A stretch of 64,000 nt of DNA from Chrysomallon squamiferum (lineage: Eukaryota > Animalia > Mollusca). Numbering within the stretch: the stretch's first letter is position 1; each line of letters begins with the position of its first letter. A program made the position numbers and the translations under genes. The stretch spans positions 27,094,001-27,158,000 of the forward strand of contig CM022670.1 of the NCBI GenBank assembly GCA_012295275.1, given 5' to 3'. Shown here piece after piece: positions 40,069 through 54,540 of the stretch. The notes under the pieces were generated by a model. It ran no database searches and was not told where the DNA came from. It worked only from the letters and a program-made list of their open reading frames with translations.

Positions 40069-43000
40069 TTATTCAGTCTTAAGGCGTTTAATGGTGGTAC
40101 CTTCCCCAGCTCCTGCTGATGAAACTGGCATTACAAGAATAGTGTGGGTCTTTCCCATGGAACCACCCGTTGAAGCTGTTCGTACTGATGATCCAGAAGC
40201 ACCTGTAATTGTGTTTGTCACAGAACCAGCACATGCTGTTGTGTTAGTTGACAGTACAACAACTGTGCCAGTGTTTGTGTTTGTCATATTGGAATTGTTT
40301 CCTCCTATTCCATTAGAAGTAGGCCGTACAGTGATAGTTCCAGGTGTGCCAGAACCAGTTCCCCCAGCAACTGATGTCACCAACATTACAGTTTTGTGAT
40401 CCATGTTTCGCATCATTGGTGCCATTGTTACAGGATTTTTAGCAGATGGCGTTGATATTTTTTCACTTTCAAGTGTACTCATGGCCACAGCACTGCCAAT
40501 ATCTATGAACTGCAACAGAAAAATTATTTAAATATACTGCAGGTGATTCTAACATCTTGGAAATATGTTGCTTTTTCCAAGGAAAAATACAGAAAATATA
40601 TTTTCTAATTCCAAGTCTGAAATTAAATAATTTCACAATATCAAATTATCAGTTATCCCAAATATTTTAAAGCAAAATGTTGTATATAAATTATATAATT
40701 TAGATGTGAGAGTCCACATTTAATATGGACAGCAAAGAAATAAAGATACGATATGGAGCTGTTTATGACACATTACCTATTTATTTTATCTTGGTACTTA
40801 ATGGAGAAAGCTATCAGTTCTCATTCATCATTTTGAAAATTCTCAAATTTTGAGTTACATTACCCATATCGGCAATAACTAATAACAAATAATTACTTGT
40901 CTCACTTCACCCATGACAGCAATCGGAGTTTCACCAGTGGCCCGGGCAACTTTATGTTCAACGAGGTAAAACATGTATTCATCGTACAACAATCGTATCA
41001 GGTGAAAAGATCCAAAACTTGCAGCACTGCGCAGAGTCAAATCCCTGATTACCATAGAACTGTAAAACATGAGGTTTTATTATAATTATTATTTTATTTT
41101 ATTATTATTATATATACAAAAATCAGCCAATAAACATAATGTGTAATTGTGTAATGATTGCAAAGAAAATGGCAACTAGTTCCAAACCGTTTTATTTTAT
41201 AATCAAGACTGAGAAAGAAAATAATTTTATTTATTTGCTTTAACTAATAATTAATGGCATAAAGATAAAATTTACATAAAGCATACATATTTAGTTTGCA
41301 GTACATTATCAATCCATCAATATGACATGAAAATCAAACTCTCCAACATCCAATTTTTACATTTCCCAAACAACTAAATCAACAATTTTTTTCTGTCTTT
41401 CTCAAAAATAAAAATAGCAAATTTTTTCTTAATCTGGAATAAAAATGCATAGAAACAGCAAAATCAGTAATTACATTAAAAATGTATAAAGTTAGATTTA
41501 CAACAAGAACAAAGTCTACCTATAAAATGACCACTTGAGCAAAAACTGTCGAGCTGCTTTGGGAAAGTTTGTACTGCCCTCATGTGGCTGCAGAACCTGG
41601 TTTACAACACTCTCTAGCCAGACTGCCCACTGTTCCAGAGAATTCTGTTGTTTTAGTGTCTTCTTGAAGTCCTCCTGCAGTTGCTGTACCACAGAGTCAT
41701 CACACTGACACACCCAAGAGGCTTGTTCCTAGAAATGCAAGAAAATATAATGTAATAATTATTGAGCAAAAAATTAAAAACATAAAATATTATAATTTTT
41801 TCCAAAATGCTTTTGACTGAAACACACCAGTACTGTTTTTACAAAGATATTTCTGTAAAGTATTACCTGAACATTAAGAAAGTCCACTCTGTTAAGATCA
41901 GTCAGCATCTGGTTGATCTGTGAAGTATTTTGAAGAACTGCTCTAGCTGCTTGAGCCAGATGATTCAGTGATGTGTATCTCCGTAATGTCTGAGCAAAGG
42001 CACTAACTGCACCAACCTTGAGAAATAAAAATAAAAAATATAGCCAAGATATTCACTGACTAACAACTTGAAAATAACAGTCTACATGATTACTGTATTC
42101 CAAAAACTGCACAGTGGTTGAAGAAAGGGAAATAAAACCAATAAAAACAATATCTTTAAAGGGTCAGCAGCCTTTTGAAATGTATATAATTTTACTAGAT
42201 AATAGTCACCATTACAAGGAATCATTTATACACATAAGATGGAAAGAATTTTAAATCATAACTTGAAAATACATTTTTTTAAATGGAAATGAGTATGTTG
42301 TGTATGTAATTATTACTTTAAAGATCAATTTATTTAAATGTTTGAATTCCAGCATACCTTAGTTTTCACCATTTCTTCTGGCACCACAGCCATGGCACCT
42401 TTCAGCCAGTTTTCTAAGCTTTTTGCAAAATTTCTAATAGCTTGTGTCAGTGAGCCTGAAATAGTAATAATAATAATAATAAAAATGAATATTATTAAAC
42501 ATTAACTGTCTTCTAATACAACACATTTTTTATTTTTCAAAATACTTGACAGTTTTCAAATTAATTTTTCCTTTAACTGAAATGATGTATCAATATAATA
42601 GTAAAATCTGCTCTGGCAGAAATTGCTCACTTGGTATGGGACGTAACACATCTGGGATGAGAACCTCCACTAAAGCTTGGTAAAAGGCATAATCAGACCT
42701 TCTTACATATTTCCTGACTGGTTCGTATTTACACAGAATAAACAATTTATCTCTTGGTAACCTTTTTTCCAATTCACTTTCAGCACTGAAAATAAAACCA
42801 ATGTTTAAAATAAATAAGTATTCTTGAAAATTTATTAATAACCACATATGAATACAAAATTAGTAAATTTAATTAATGTAACATGGACAGCTCTGTTAAT
42901 CTGTCTTTACAAAACAATTTTCTGTGTTGAGGTTAATATTTGTAATGTATTTGTCTGGATTTCATACTTACATATTTTGTTCTGGCTGATTTCGCCAAAA

Positions 43001-46000
43001 TCCCTGCCATAATGCCTCAATTAATGAGAACTGTAAATTTACCACAACATCAAGAACAGCCTGTTAAAATAAAAATAAATAAATAAATAACAATTAATAA
43101 TTTTAATTTTAACAAAAATGGATAAGAATAATAAGAAAAATGTCATTAGTTAATGAAATGCAGCATCCAAGTTATGTCATCATTGTAAACTAAGAAAGTA
43201 AAAAATAATCCCAAAATAAATAGACACCAGTATATTCAATGTCTTAACAAAGTACAATTTTAAAAACTTACTTCTGCATGTTCTCTGTAAATTTTCTGAA
43301 ATGTCCTGACATCAGCAGCTGTAACTCCGTCAGGCAGTGGTTCAGCCGATGTGTCGATGTCTTCGAAGTTTGGGATAGCTGTGGATGCATCACCAAGAAA
43401 TTGCTGATGTTGATTCTGAGGCTGGGTAGCTTCCTGTGTCCCTGATGTGTTACTACTCTGTCCCACTGAGTCACAATCCCCTTCCATTTTACAGTTCAGC
43501 CTACACGGGAAAAAAAGAAATTGTGGAGACTGGATTTTGTATGTAATTCAAAAACAAAAGAGAAGTTTATAGTAGTTTAATTCTTTGTAATTTAAAACTT
43601 CAGAAATCTTCATTAACATATCTATAGATCTGAAGTGTTACATATTAATTTAACATTTAATCTTATCCAAGAATTCAAAACAGTTAAAATGTCTCATCAT
43701 CAACTTACTCTTCCCAATACTATTTAAATATTGTCATGTTTAGTGAACATACATTTTCCTTTCTTTGCTTTTAGAAATAATTAATCCAATGATAAATTTT
43801 AAAATGCCATTTAAAGAAAGAATATAGTCGCATATTGAAATTAAAATAGGAGTGCTCCATTATATTCTTACAAATTCATGTGAAACAAAAAACAGCTTAC
43901 TTTTTGCTCTGATACATAGGTTGCTGTCTCATGGCCATTGTTTGGTCATCTGTAAACTGATTCAAAGGTGAATTGGCCTTTATTCGAATGCCATAATAAT
44001 GGTATTTTGAATTACCCCTGCAAAACAAAATTTCAGTATAGCTTAAGAAATAGCTCGTGTTCTTGTAAAAACTGAAAAATAAGCTCATACATATTTGATA
44101 TTTCAAAAGTGCATTAAATCATTTTGTTAGTCTTCAGATCAGATCCTGTTGACTGTAAGGAGGAAAAAGTTCAGTGGATATTATACCACTGTGGTGTGCC
44201 AGATAACAAAGAAGCTCATTTCAGCAGGTATCTCAACCCACATAACTCAGAGGACAAAAACCACCAAAAAGATCTGTTTTAACACAAACTGGAAGATACT
44301 GATGGAAGAAGAAAAAGAAAAGGATATCGTTGAATCACTGAACAGAATACAACAAATAATCATCTTTACAATGAAGACAAGTCACTGTTATCTGCTCCTA
44401 CCTCTAGAGACTTACATTTACACACCCTGATGATTTCCCTGTGGTACAGCTGCCCAAATACCTAAACCTAAAACAGAAACATTGAGGACCAATAACATCC
44501 CTCTGATGGGCAGTGGTTGTTCAGGTAAGACAAGGACCAGAAGTCTAAGCATGGTTTTGGCATCACAGAAGAAGAAAGCATCTTCTTAAACATTTTTAAA
44601 ACCCAGGATATGTTAGTAATGAATTATATCTTGCTGGTAAATTTAATTTTTTTAACATGTATTAACAATAAACAGAAACAACATGCAGTACATTAAGACA
44701 GATGAAAAAAAAAAAAAAAAAATCCGTACCTTGTCCCTAATCGTCTCGTTCTTAAGCCAAGGAAAACTGAACGGATTAATTTTCCAAATGAAGCAGGATT
44801 CATGGGATCAAGGTTTTGCTCTTGACAGTGCCGAAGATAGTGATAGTAGAGTGTACTTCGAGGTAGACTGACCCCTTCTGCTGTTTCATAGTTATCCAAC
44901 AGCCACTGAACCTAAACAAGATGCATTAAATATTTCTTTATTAATTTCTGGTTTGTTAAATAAATATTTCATAAAACCATTATATTTATAAAAAGATTAA
45001 AAAAATAAAATTATAATAATAAATAAATAAAATAATATAATCAAATGATTGCAGTTCTTAAATTACTGATTATGAAATTTTATTTTATCATGCCTGTATT
45101 TCTGGAACCCAAAAAGTGAAACAGAATATCAGAAAATCAAAGTCTTTTATAAACATTATTGATGAAATCAACGTGAAAAGTAAAATAACATTCAACACTA
45201 ACAAAAAACAACAGTGATTAAGAGTGACAACTACACAGAGAAAGAATGTGGGTAGGACAAAAGAATTAAATACTGAAGAAAAACATTTTGCATGTCGGCA
45301 ATGAAAGCAGAGAAGATTTAACTGAAAATACTTCACAATATTTAAAAAAATAAATAAATAAGAAAACAACAACCGTGTCTCAGATTTGTCACAAAATGTG
45401 CACCATTACAACATCAAAATGACTACACTACAGAAGTTAAAGTAATACGTACTTCATAAACTCCATGATATTTCTGTAATGAAGAAACAAAAAAAAATCT
45501 GAGACAATTTTATCTGAATGTTACTTCATGCACATTATACATAAAAAAAAAATCTTTACTATACAGCTTCTGCAAAAACATTGCTAAAAGCTCCATGCAC
45601 TGAGTACCAAAAAACTGTAATGTAATGTTTATAAATTGACAAAAATGGCCAGGTTTTCATCATGGATGCTTCATCAATTTAGTAAATATTGAAACCTGAG
45701 TCAAAAAAAAAAAAAAAAAAAAAGGAGGAAAGAAAAAAAAATCCATAAACTGAATCGTAATCATTAATCACAACTAATACCATAACACTTTTATTCAGAA
45801 ATCCATTATGTACTTTAAAATTATCACAATTCAAAGAATGGTGTATTGCACAAATGAAATGAACCTAGATTAAACTGTGAATTTTTTTTTTTGCAGCACC
45901 TTTATTATTTTGAAGTAACCAAGAAATTCATTTTCTTCCTTTAAATGTTTTAAGCTAAATGAAATAAAATAAATATGGTGTAATGTTTTATATCAATACT

Positions 46001-49000
46001 ACCCCAACCATTCAGTGTTTTTAACACTGTTACAAACCATGCCTCATTTATTCCAAGAAAAATATAAACTACTGATGAGTCAATAAAGAAAGATTTAAAA
46101 AAAAAAAAATAATAAAATTTAAAAAGCTATATTTTCATAAATCCCAAAAAGTACATCTGTAAATACCAGGGAGCAAATGAAAAACCTCCATTCCTAAACA
46201 CAACTAATCTGAGACACGGCTTTTTACTAAAATTAAATTGTTCGAGTTGTTTAGAGTGAAGATAATTTTATACTTGCAAAACATTCTTGTTTCTATTGCT
46301 GACATGCACAAACAAATGAGTGTACAGCACAGTCAAAAATGTCAAAATACATACCTTATACTTTTATACATTTATTATAAATAAAATAAATTTTTCAAAT
46401 TTTATGTTCACAAAAATTAGATTTTTTTAATAAAATAACAAAATACATATTTTTTAGCATACTCTCACATTAAATTTAACAGTTCCTCATGAATTGTTTT
46501 GGATGGTTTTAATAAACACCTTTTTAAAATTATTACACAATAAAACTTTTTCCACATTCTATACAGTTTCTGAATAAAAATCCTAATGTCACTCTTGAAA
46601 CATAATTTTGACATTTTTTTTTCTTTACTATATTTGTTGTTTGTGTTACAGGTAATACCACTAAATGTTTGGGAAAAGGAACAAACATAATTATGAGTTA
46701 GTCTGGGAAAAGAATTGTTGAACACAACTTGAAGAAAAAGAAAAAAAAAAACACTCTCTAATGATGCACAAACAAGGTTAGTGTAAGTATTCAAATGAAT
46801 GCCACTTTTGTCAAACACTATTTTATACAGTAAATTATAAATTAATTTGTTAAAACTGATCCTATTTAAATTCACTTTCTGTCAACAAAAAATTAAAATA
46901 TATTTAATTTATCTGTCTTCTATATACACTAACAAATTTTCAATTGCATTTTATTTTTATTTTCTTATACGATGGTACATTTATAAATATCAATAATTAT
47001 GTTAATAATAGGAAAGACATAAAGAAAGCCTTGTTATTTGTGGCTGCCAAAATGTGAAAATGAAATCTGAATTAAGAGCTTTTCATTTCCATATTCAAAA
47101 CTAAATATAATAATTTGGTTTCAAAAGGTTATCTTTTTCTGTATAAACACAAGTAATTTTTAAAACATTTGAAAAACAGAACATTTTGAGATAATACTTT
47201 TTTTTTGTCAAATATTAAAATTGCAAATAACACACAAAAAGATTTCAGCTATCTTTAACTGAAGTATAATAATGGTCAACAAATGGAATCTACACAAACC
47301 AAAATAAAAACTCCCACACAAACTTGCTTAAGTAGAAAAAAATATTGCAATTCAGATAAATTTTAAAATTTATTAAACAGATCTCAAACAAAATCTACAA
47401 ACATTTTTTTTTTTCAATTTTATTTTTATCTTTCACAAAAGTGGCAAACACTTATTTTGACAGAGTAAAACTCTTTAAAAAGACAACTTACTGTAGCTGG
47501 TGATGCTCTAGTTGTGTGTGTGAGAGGAGCACCTTCTCCATCCATTGTACCACTCTGAATGAGATAATGTGTACCTGAACCCTGCTGTATGATCTGGCCC
47601 TGTACTGTCTGCACTGCAGAACCCACAGGTACCATGCCTGAAGTGACCTAAAATGAAATATCATTTTCTTTAGAACTTCTGAATATTTTATTGTCAGTTA
47701 AATATGTGTGATAAAATAAAATTTGCAACAATTTGTTTACTTTTTCAGTTTATAATTATACAAATCAATTTCTGAAATAGACTTATAACTTTCTTTTTGT
47801 AAAGCTGAAACAAACCATGCAAACTAATTGGAAGTATGATTCTCTGGTTGTTTAAAATACTTATAATTGTTAAATGAGTATTAGTGCATCAAAATTACCG
47901 TATAAATATTCTTAATGCCTCAGTGTGATAAAAATTGGTAATGAAAAAAATCATGTATTATATAAATACCTGGCCTGCTGCATAATATGTCCCAGAAACT
48001 GGAGTGTACATAGTGTTCTGACCATAGTCCTGGTAACTGTGCCTAGAAGGAAAGACAGAAAAATTCAAAATACAAAACTTTCTTTTCTTCTGATTATCAC
48101 TTTGTCATTAAAATATATCAAACAGTCTACCTTCCACATGACTGTTCTATTTCGAAAATAGTCAGTCTTTGTTAATAATAAAATGATAATAATTAAAAAC
48201 AGTAATCGAACCAAACTGTGAGACTGAAGGCAAGTTATTCTTGTATAATTACTTGAGAAACATTATGAAAACAAATTTTTATTTAAACAATGCTATACTT
48301 TTTGTTCATACTACTCACACACTTTAGAGAAATTGTAACATTAATCCTATTACTAATTTGTAAAGAAAGTTATTTTCAAAATATATAAATAAGTTGAAAG
48401 TGAAATCACACAAGCTGCAAATATAAAAATATTACAGAATTAAATGTAAAATAATAGCTTCCAAAAGCAAAGTGCATCATTACTATACTAATATAAAAAA
48501 TTTATGATTTAATATTCAATCATTAATTTAATCTGTATATTTAGTTTTCATTAATAATACTAATCTTAAAACATTTAAAATTTACTAATTTTAAAAACAA
48601 AGCTTTTAAAAGTCATTATTTGCTCTGGTTAAGCAGTTTTTAATGTTAGTAAAAAAAAAAAAAAAAAAAAAAAATTTAACAAAAGATAAACAAAATGAAA
48701 AAAAAAGAAAAAGTATTAATAAACAAAAAGTGTTTTAAATTATTTATGTAATTCTTAATTACCTAATTAAATGTTTAACTAACTTTCAAATATGTAATTA
48801 TCCAGATATCTATCTTACAATTTATAAATAAACATACAAATATTTTTTCTTTCTTTTTTACCTTTTAGAAATAAAAGTGAAGATCCCAGTATACAACAGA
48901 TGTCACATGTGCAAATGCACAAAATTGAAAACACAATGTCCATGCATGACAACAAATCTTGTGTAAACCAAAAGTAGATTACTTTCAGTGATAGTAAAAA

Positions 49001-52000
49001 GGAAAACAGTGTGAATTTGTGGGATGGTTTAGAAATCTGAAATGTTTCAACATTAAAAAGGTTTTACTTTTTTTTTTTATATAATCTATTGATTTACCAA
49101 AAAATATAATAATTCAGTTTTTAAAAATATTTAATGCTAGTAGCCACTTCACTGATAAAACAAGCAAGACAACACACAGAGACAATCCAAACCAAGTCTA
49201 AATACAGCTTATTAGGGATATCTGAATACTAATTTTGTCAACACTGTACTGCAACTATCTATGTAAATGTTTAATAACAAGATCAAGAACAAATACTGCA
49301 TCTCAGAAGTTACAAGAATTTAAAAAAAAAAAATAAAAAAATAAAAAATTCCCTGTCATTTTTAACAGAAAAAAACCCCAACACACACACACTTAAAGAT
49401 ACTATTAACCGTTTGAAATAAGAAATGTTAGAAATAAAAACAAAAAACACCAAAAAAGTGTCACTGAAATACACAAAACAGGATTTAAGAAACATGCTAT
49501 AGTGGATCAGTAAATTGTGCATAGTCCCGTATGAGACAACAACAAATGAGGCAATGTGATTGTTATTAACAGCATGCTTGAACACTGGAATGGCCACTGC
49601 ACATCTAAAACTTTAACTAGACAAATCGTACATTTGCCCATTGGCACTTGCGTAGATACTGGGATCTGAGCCATCTACGTACTGTACATGAGCAGGGTAC
49701 ACTGTCTGGCCACCCTGCAGTGTAATTCCTTCTTGGCCAGAGTCAACACTGTCAGAAACAGATGATGCTGAAAAGACCAATTTGTAACACTGTTTTAAAA
49801 ACTTATTCATTTTAGTTTGATTTGATTTTTTAAATTCCTTTTTGCAGTATTTTTAAAACTAATTTTTATTTATTTATTTTTTTAAAAACCCAAAACATGA
49901 TAAATGTATTATTAAACAAAGAAAAATAATAAAAAAAATAAAAAATATAAAAATAAGTCCCACAGGACTGCAAAACATTTATTAAAAAAAAAAGAACATG
50001 AATGCAAAAAACAATAAACAGATTATTAGGTGTTTGGTTAATTAAAAAAAAAAAAAAAAAGTAATTTTAAAATATAAATAAATTAAACTCAGAACTAAAG
50101 TATTCCTGTCTATAAATTACTCATTTAAAATATCACCTAAAAATATTCTCTGCAAAAGAATTAACAACTTTGTGTAAAATTATAGAAATGTCACTTCATT
50201 TTAACACAAGTACAAAACCATAATTTTATCAATAATGTAATATTATATTTGTAATTAGATACACAACACTGATTGTCAAATTACAAAATCAAATTTTTGA
50301 AAAAATGTAACAGTAAATTATAGATAAAGATGAAAAATAAATAAAATAAAACTGAATCAACATACTCAGACATATACTAAACTAAAAATAATTATTATTT
50401 TCATTTCATTGTTGATAAATAAATGAATAAATAATAGTAATATGTCAATAAAGTTACTGATAAAAAAAATTATACTAATAATAATAATAGTGATAACAAC
50501 AACAACAATAATAGTAACACAAGTTAATACAGGTAATTTTATTTTGAAAGTGGTCTTACTTGTAACAATGAACTGTTGTCCTGAATGAGCCTGTGCAGGC
50601 TGGATAATTGTAGTAGCTTGAGCCATTTTCTGAGCTGTTGTCTGGAGAACAGTTCCTCCTGATGTTGATTTTGCCACAGAGGCAACCTAAAGGTACGAAA
50701 ATATAAAATACAAAATATAATATATATATATATATATATTGTTAACCTAATTACCATTTATGTACAGATTTAACATTAAAAACAAGCTAAAAATATTTTC
50801 CTTTTAAATCTTTTATATATTTACTGATCCAAAGTACTGCAATTATGGCTTTCTGAAACTGATAATCAGCATTTAAAATGTGGAAAATTCAATAAAAAAA
50901 CTTGAAACAAAAATTCAGTGAATAAATTGTGTCACTATTTAATGATTAACATCAAATGCAAAAAATGTGTACTTCAAATTCAACTGATCAGAATGCATTT
51001 CTATGAAATGATATGTCAAGTCACATTTTGACATTTTCCTTTTTCTAAAGAAAATTATACTCAGCACAAATGAAATACTGAAATCTAAAAGCTTTGTTTA
51101 TTGTATGCAAAAAGAATACTGAAAAAAAAAACAAAGCAATACCAAAGGACAAAGCACACAATATTAAATTTATTCATTATACTTTTGAAATAAAACAAGA
51201 AAGCCAAGATAATGTTTTTGATTTACGTACCTAATAATTGTTATTAATATTTAACATGATGTTATAAACAAATATTCACTAACTGTTGGATCTGAGAAGG
51301 TTTATGACAGATAGCACAGACTGTGATACATTTCTGAGATAAACACAGTTTTCATCAGATAAATCAATAGCCTCAAACAGCAATTATTTGAAATCTATAG
51401 TTGGGTAAAAAAGACTTTAAACAAATTTTTTTATTTTTTCTAAATGATCTTATATGTGGTTACCTTTTCTGCATTATCTACAATAAATATACTACATTAA
51501 AATATTTTTTTATTTTTTTTTATTTAGTAAACAAATAACAATAAAAATAAATTATACTGTTATCCCATAAAGCAGCAGAATAATTTTTGTTTTTGTTACT
51601 CCAAATAATTGGATTGGTCTGTTAACAGATTCCCCGCTCATTGAATTTAGAAAAGATACAGATATTTGTATTTTAACAGTTTGAAAGAAATCCATTACTT
51701 AATTTGAAATATGTTATTTTATATATATATATACAGTGGTACCTTGACTTATGAGTTTAATTTGTTCTGGGACTCAGCTTGTACATCAAATCAATTTTCC
51801 TAACTGAAATTAACTGAAATACCATCAATCCATTCCAGCCACCCAAAAACCACCCCATTTAAAAAAAAAAAAAAATTGTAACATATTTTTAAATAAGAAA
51901 TATTTAAATGACAAGTATTGTATAAAAACAAAATAAAAGAGAATCTAAAGAAATTGGTTTTGTAAAGTGTATTTATCTTGGAGATTGGACAAATTATTTT

Positions 52001-53334
52001 AATGCCTTTGGCTGGAGTTACAGCCTGTATGGACTCTTTCAGCTTCAGTATGGTACATATTGTAGCCTAGTCAAGTCGACTAGATGTACACCTAATTTAT
52101 GTTTTTCTATGAATTCAAGCTTTAATTCAGTGGACATCATCTGCTTCTTCTCAGCACTGTCCTTTGCACTCACTTTCTTAGGATCCACAAAATGCAAACA
52201 CAAGACAACAGAAATGCGTCTGTGATGAGCTAACCATGTGAAGCACTCAAGTGAGACACAGGATGCTGGGCAGAAGTTGTATTGTTCATAGTGCCAATAG
52301 CTTGTAACTTGGATTTTGGCTTGCAACTCAAAGCGTAAAATCAACTGGGTGACTGCTCATAACTCAAAACAGTCTTTAAATTGGAGCACTTGTAAGTTGA
52401 GATATCACTGTATATATAAGTAGTAACTTGTCTAGAACTGTATACAGCTTGCTTATTTTGACTACATATTAAAATATTTCTGTTTTCTAACATTGATAAT
52501 TCAACATACATTTTAATTTAGTATTTTTTAATTTATAATTAAAAATAATAATAATAATAAATAATTATTAAAAAACCCCAAAACAACTAATATCTGTGCT
52601 TGGGGCATTTACTCATTACCAATGAGATCTTCCACCTAACTAGTTAGTAATAAAAAGAATGCATGCTCTTGAAAATAGAAACAGAATAAAATTTTCTTTA
52701 ATATCATCAATATCTGAAATTACTCCAGATTATATCAGGTTTTTTCTTTCAGTTTTAAATTATAACAAAAAACAAAGAATAAAATGTAACATATATTCAT
52801 AAACTGTCAAAACTGTCATATAAACTAATAATCTGGGGGGTTTCTGGAGGGGGGATAGTTTTTTTAAATTTAGTTTTGTTTTTATTTGTGAAACTGTAAA
52901 TATAAACATTATTTATTTATCAGCTCTTTAATTCTTCTTTTTTTTTTTTTTACAGAAAAACAGTATTAAATTTATGAATTTTATAAAGGCAGTAAGATAC
53001 TTTTTATCAGCATATTCTAAATATTTATGTGAAAATCTAATTCTAACTTACACCTCCTTCTCTGTATAACACAAATGAGACATCACAATGAAAGGAACAT
53101 CAACTTAAAAGTAATAATATCCTAAGAACAAAAATAAAACAGTATTGCAACACATAACTTGGCAATGAAATCAACTGAAGCAAATGACTTAAAAAGGAAT
53201 GTCTTCAATATGTAAACATGCCAAACACACCAGACATGCGGACTGTCACTTACAGTGTTCTGGTTGTTATGCTGTACTTGAACAGTAGTCGCATTCATCG
53301 CCTGTAAGTCAGTAATATAGGTCTGGGTAGCCAT
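40069..53334 (-). CDS. RFX: RFX1/2/3-type winged-helix transcription factor (798 aa, 15 coding exons)
   Basis: complement(join(40069..40509,40906..41059,41520..41728,41867..42016,42358..42455,42631..42785,42972..43060,43272..43500,43901..44017,44730..44911,47492..47647,47970..48042,49632..49767,50560..50686,53254..53334)). 2397 nt, all GT-AG, phases consistent. [12 protein letters not shown]-terminus, [11 protein letters not shown] activation region, DNA-binding domain [19 protein letters not shown]...[35 protein letters not shown] domains, dimerisation domain [15 protein letters not shown]...[18 protein letters not shown]. Confidence 0.97.
44120..44580 (+). mobile_element. Decayed retroelement 3' fragment, possibly Penelope-like
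   Basis: GC-richer block in an RFX intron. Translation [27 protein letters not shown] loosely resembles a GIY-YIG C-terminus and is followed by CCCTGATGA. Ends in AAG repeats. Confidence 0.3.
51734..52410 (-). mobile_element. Internally deleted Tigger/pogo-like DNA transposon (677 bp)
   Basis: TA-flanked. TIRs CAGTGGTACCTTGACTTATGAG and (reverse complement) CAGTGATATCTCAACTTACAAG. Minus-strand remnant [38 protein letters not shown] resembles the CENP-B/Psq-type HTH N-terminus of Tigger transposases. Confidence 0.85.
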
Positions 53335-53748
53335 TTTCCCAGCCCACCCTGTGAAATATACATGTAGCAGAAGTTATTCTTGCTGCTAATTAAACTTGAG
53401 ACAGGGAAAGATGAAAAACTGAATATACAAGATGGCACTTAATAATCAGATTTTTAAAATAATAAAAAGAACATCGTTCTTGAAATTATTCTAGCAAGGT
53501 CTGTATCATTTCTTTATAATTCAAATTTTTTATATACAAATTTATTTTTTATGTAATCTGACATTTTTAAAATGTATCACACTGATATTACAAACAAGTA
53601 AAATATATGCTGTAAATGTATATAACATTATAAGCCAACAAAAAGACAAGCAAGCTTTTAATATTATACTGCAGTGAAAAATGCAGAAGAAAATTCCAGA
53701 GCAGTTGTTAAAAGAGTATTTTCCTGTTTGTCATAAATTAGAAAAATA

Positions 53749-54540
53749 CCGTATATACTTGTGTATAAGTCAAATTTTTGGGAGACTATATTAAGGTAAT
53801 ATTTTGGGGGTTGACTTATACATAGGTAATGCTTTTGTAGCTGTTGCCGAAGAGTCGCCGTTTTGACTATTTTTTGCTACGGGATGCATCTAAAATAATC
53901 GTGGTTTTCAGCTTTTCAAAAATATAATTTTATCGTATCAAAAATTTTGAAAAATTAAACAACAAAACCAAATATGAAGGTAAAATAGGATATTCTTCCG
54001 TTTAATGACATAAAAATAAATTTTAAAGCGAGAAAACCATCAGTACGGCGTTATGCCTTACGGCGTCTTGCATTGATCTAGGCATGCAGACTTCTCTGCC
54101 AAATTGCACTAAATATTGGTCCTAATTTCATAAACAAAACTCACTTGTTTAATTGTAAAGAATTTGGTGAAATAATATTGCAATCGTCATTAATATCCAC
54201 TACCGACAAATTTTGTAAATCATAGAACGGCTAAATATAACGGTAAGTTAGGTCTCCATGTTAGACCTATTACATTAAAGAGATACTATTTATGATACAT
54301 TTAGGCTATAGCTCGTGTAATACATGCATTTACAGTATTATGGTATGTTCGTGCAAGTTATGTTACAGTAGGCGTACAATGTAGGCCTTCATGGCACTGT
54401 CACACTGGTCTAAAAATAGTGACGGTGCCTGGAATCTACAGTCGACTTATACACAAGTAATGCCTAAAATGACGCAATTTTTGGTCTTAAAATACACATC
54501 GACTTATACATAAGGTCGCCTTGTACACAAGTATATACGG
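53749..54540. mobile_element. Non-autonomous Tc2/pogo-type DNA transposon (792 bp)
   Basis: TA target duplication on both sides. TIR CCGTATATACTTGTGTA at both ends (17/17). Subterminal GACTTATACA repeats at about 53813, 54444 and 54501. No ORF; CpG-rich interior. Confidence 0.9.

Noticed and set aside
40091-40399. 102-aa plus-strand ORF
   Set aside because: Antisense shadow of the RFX last exon.
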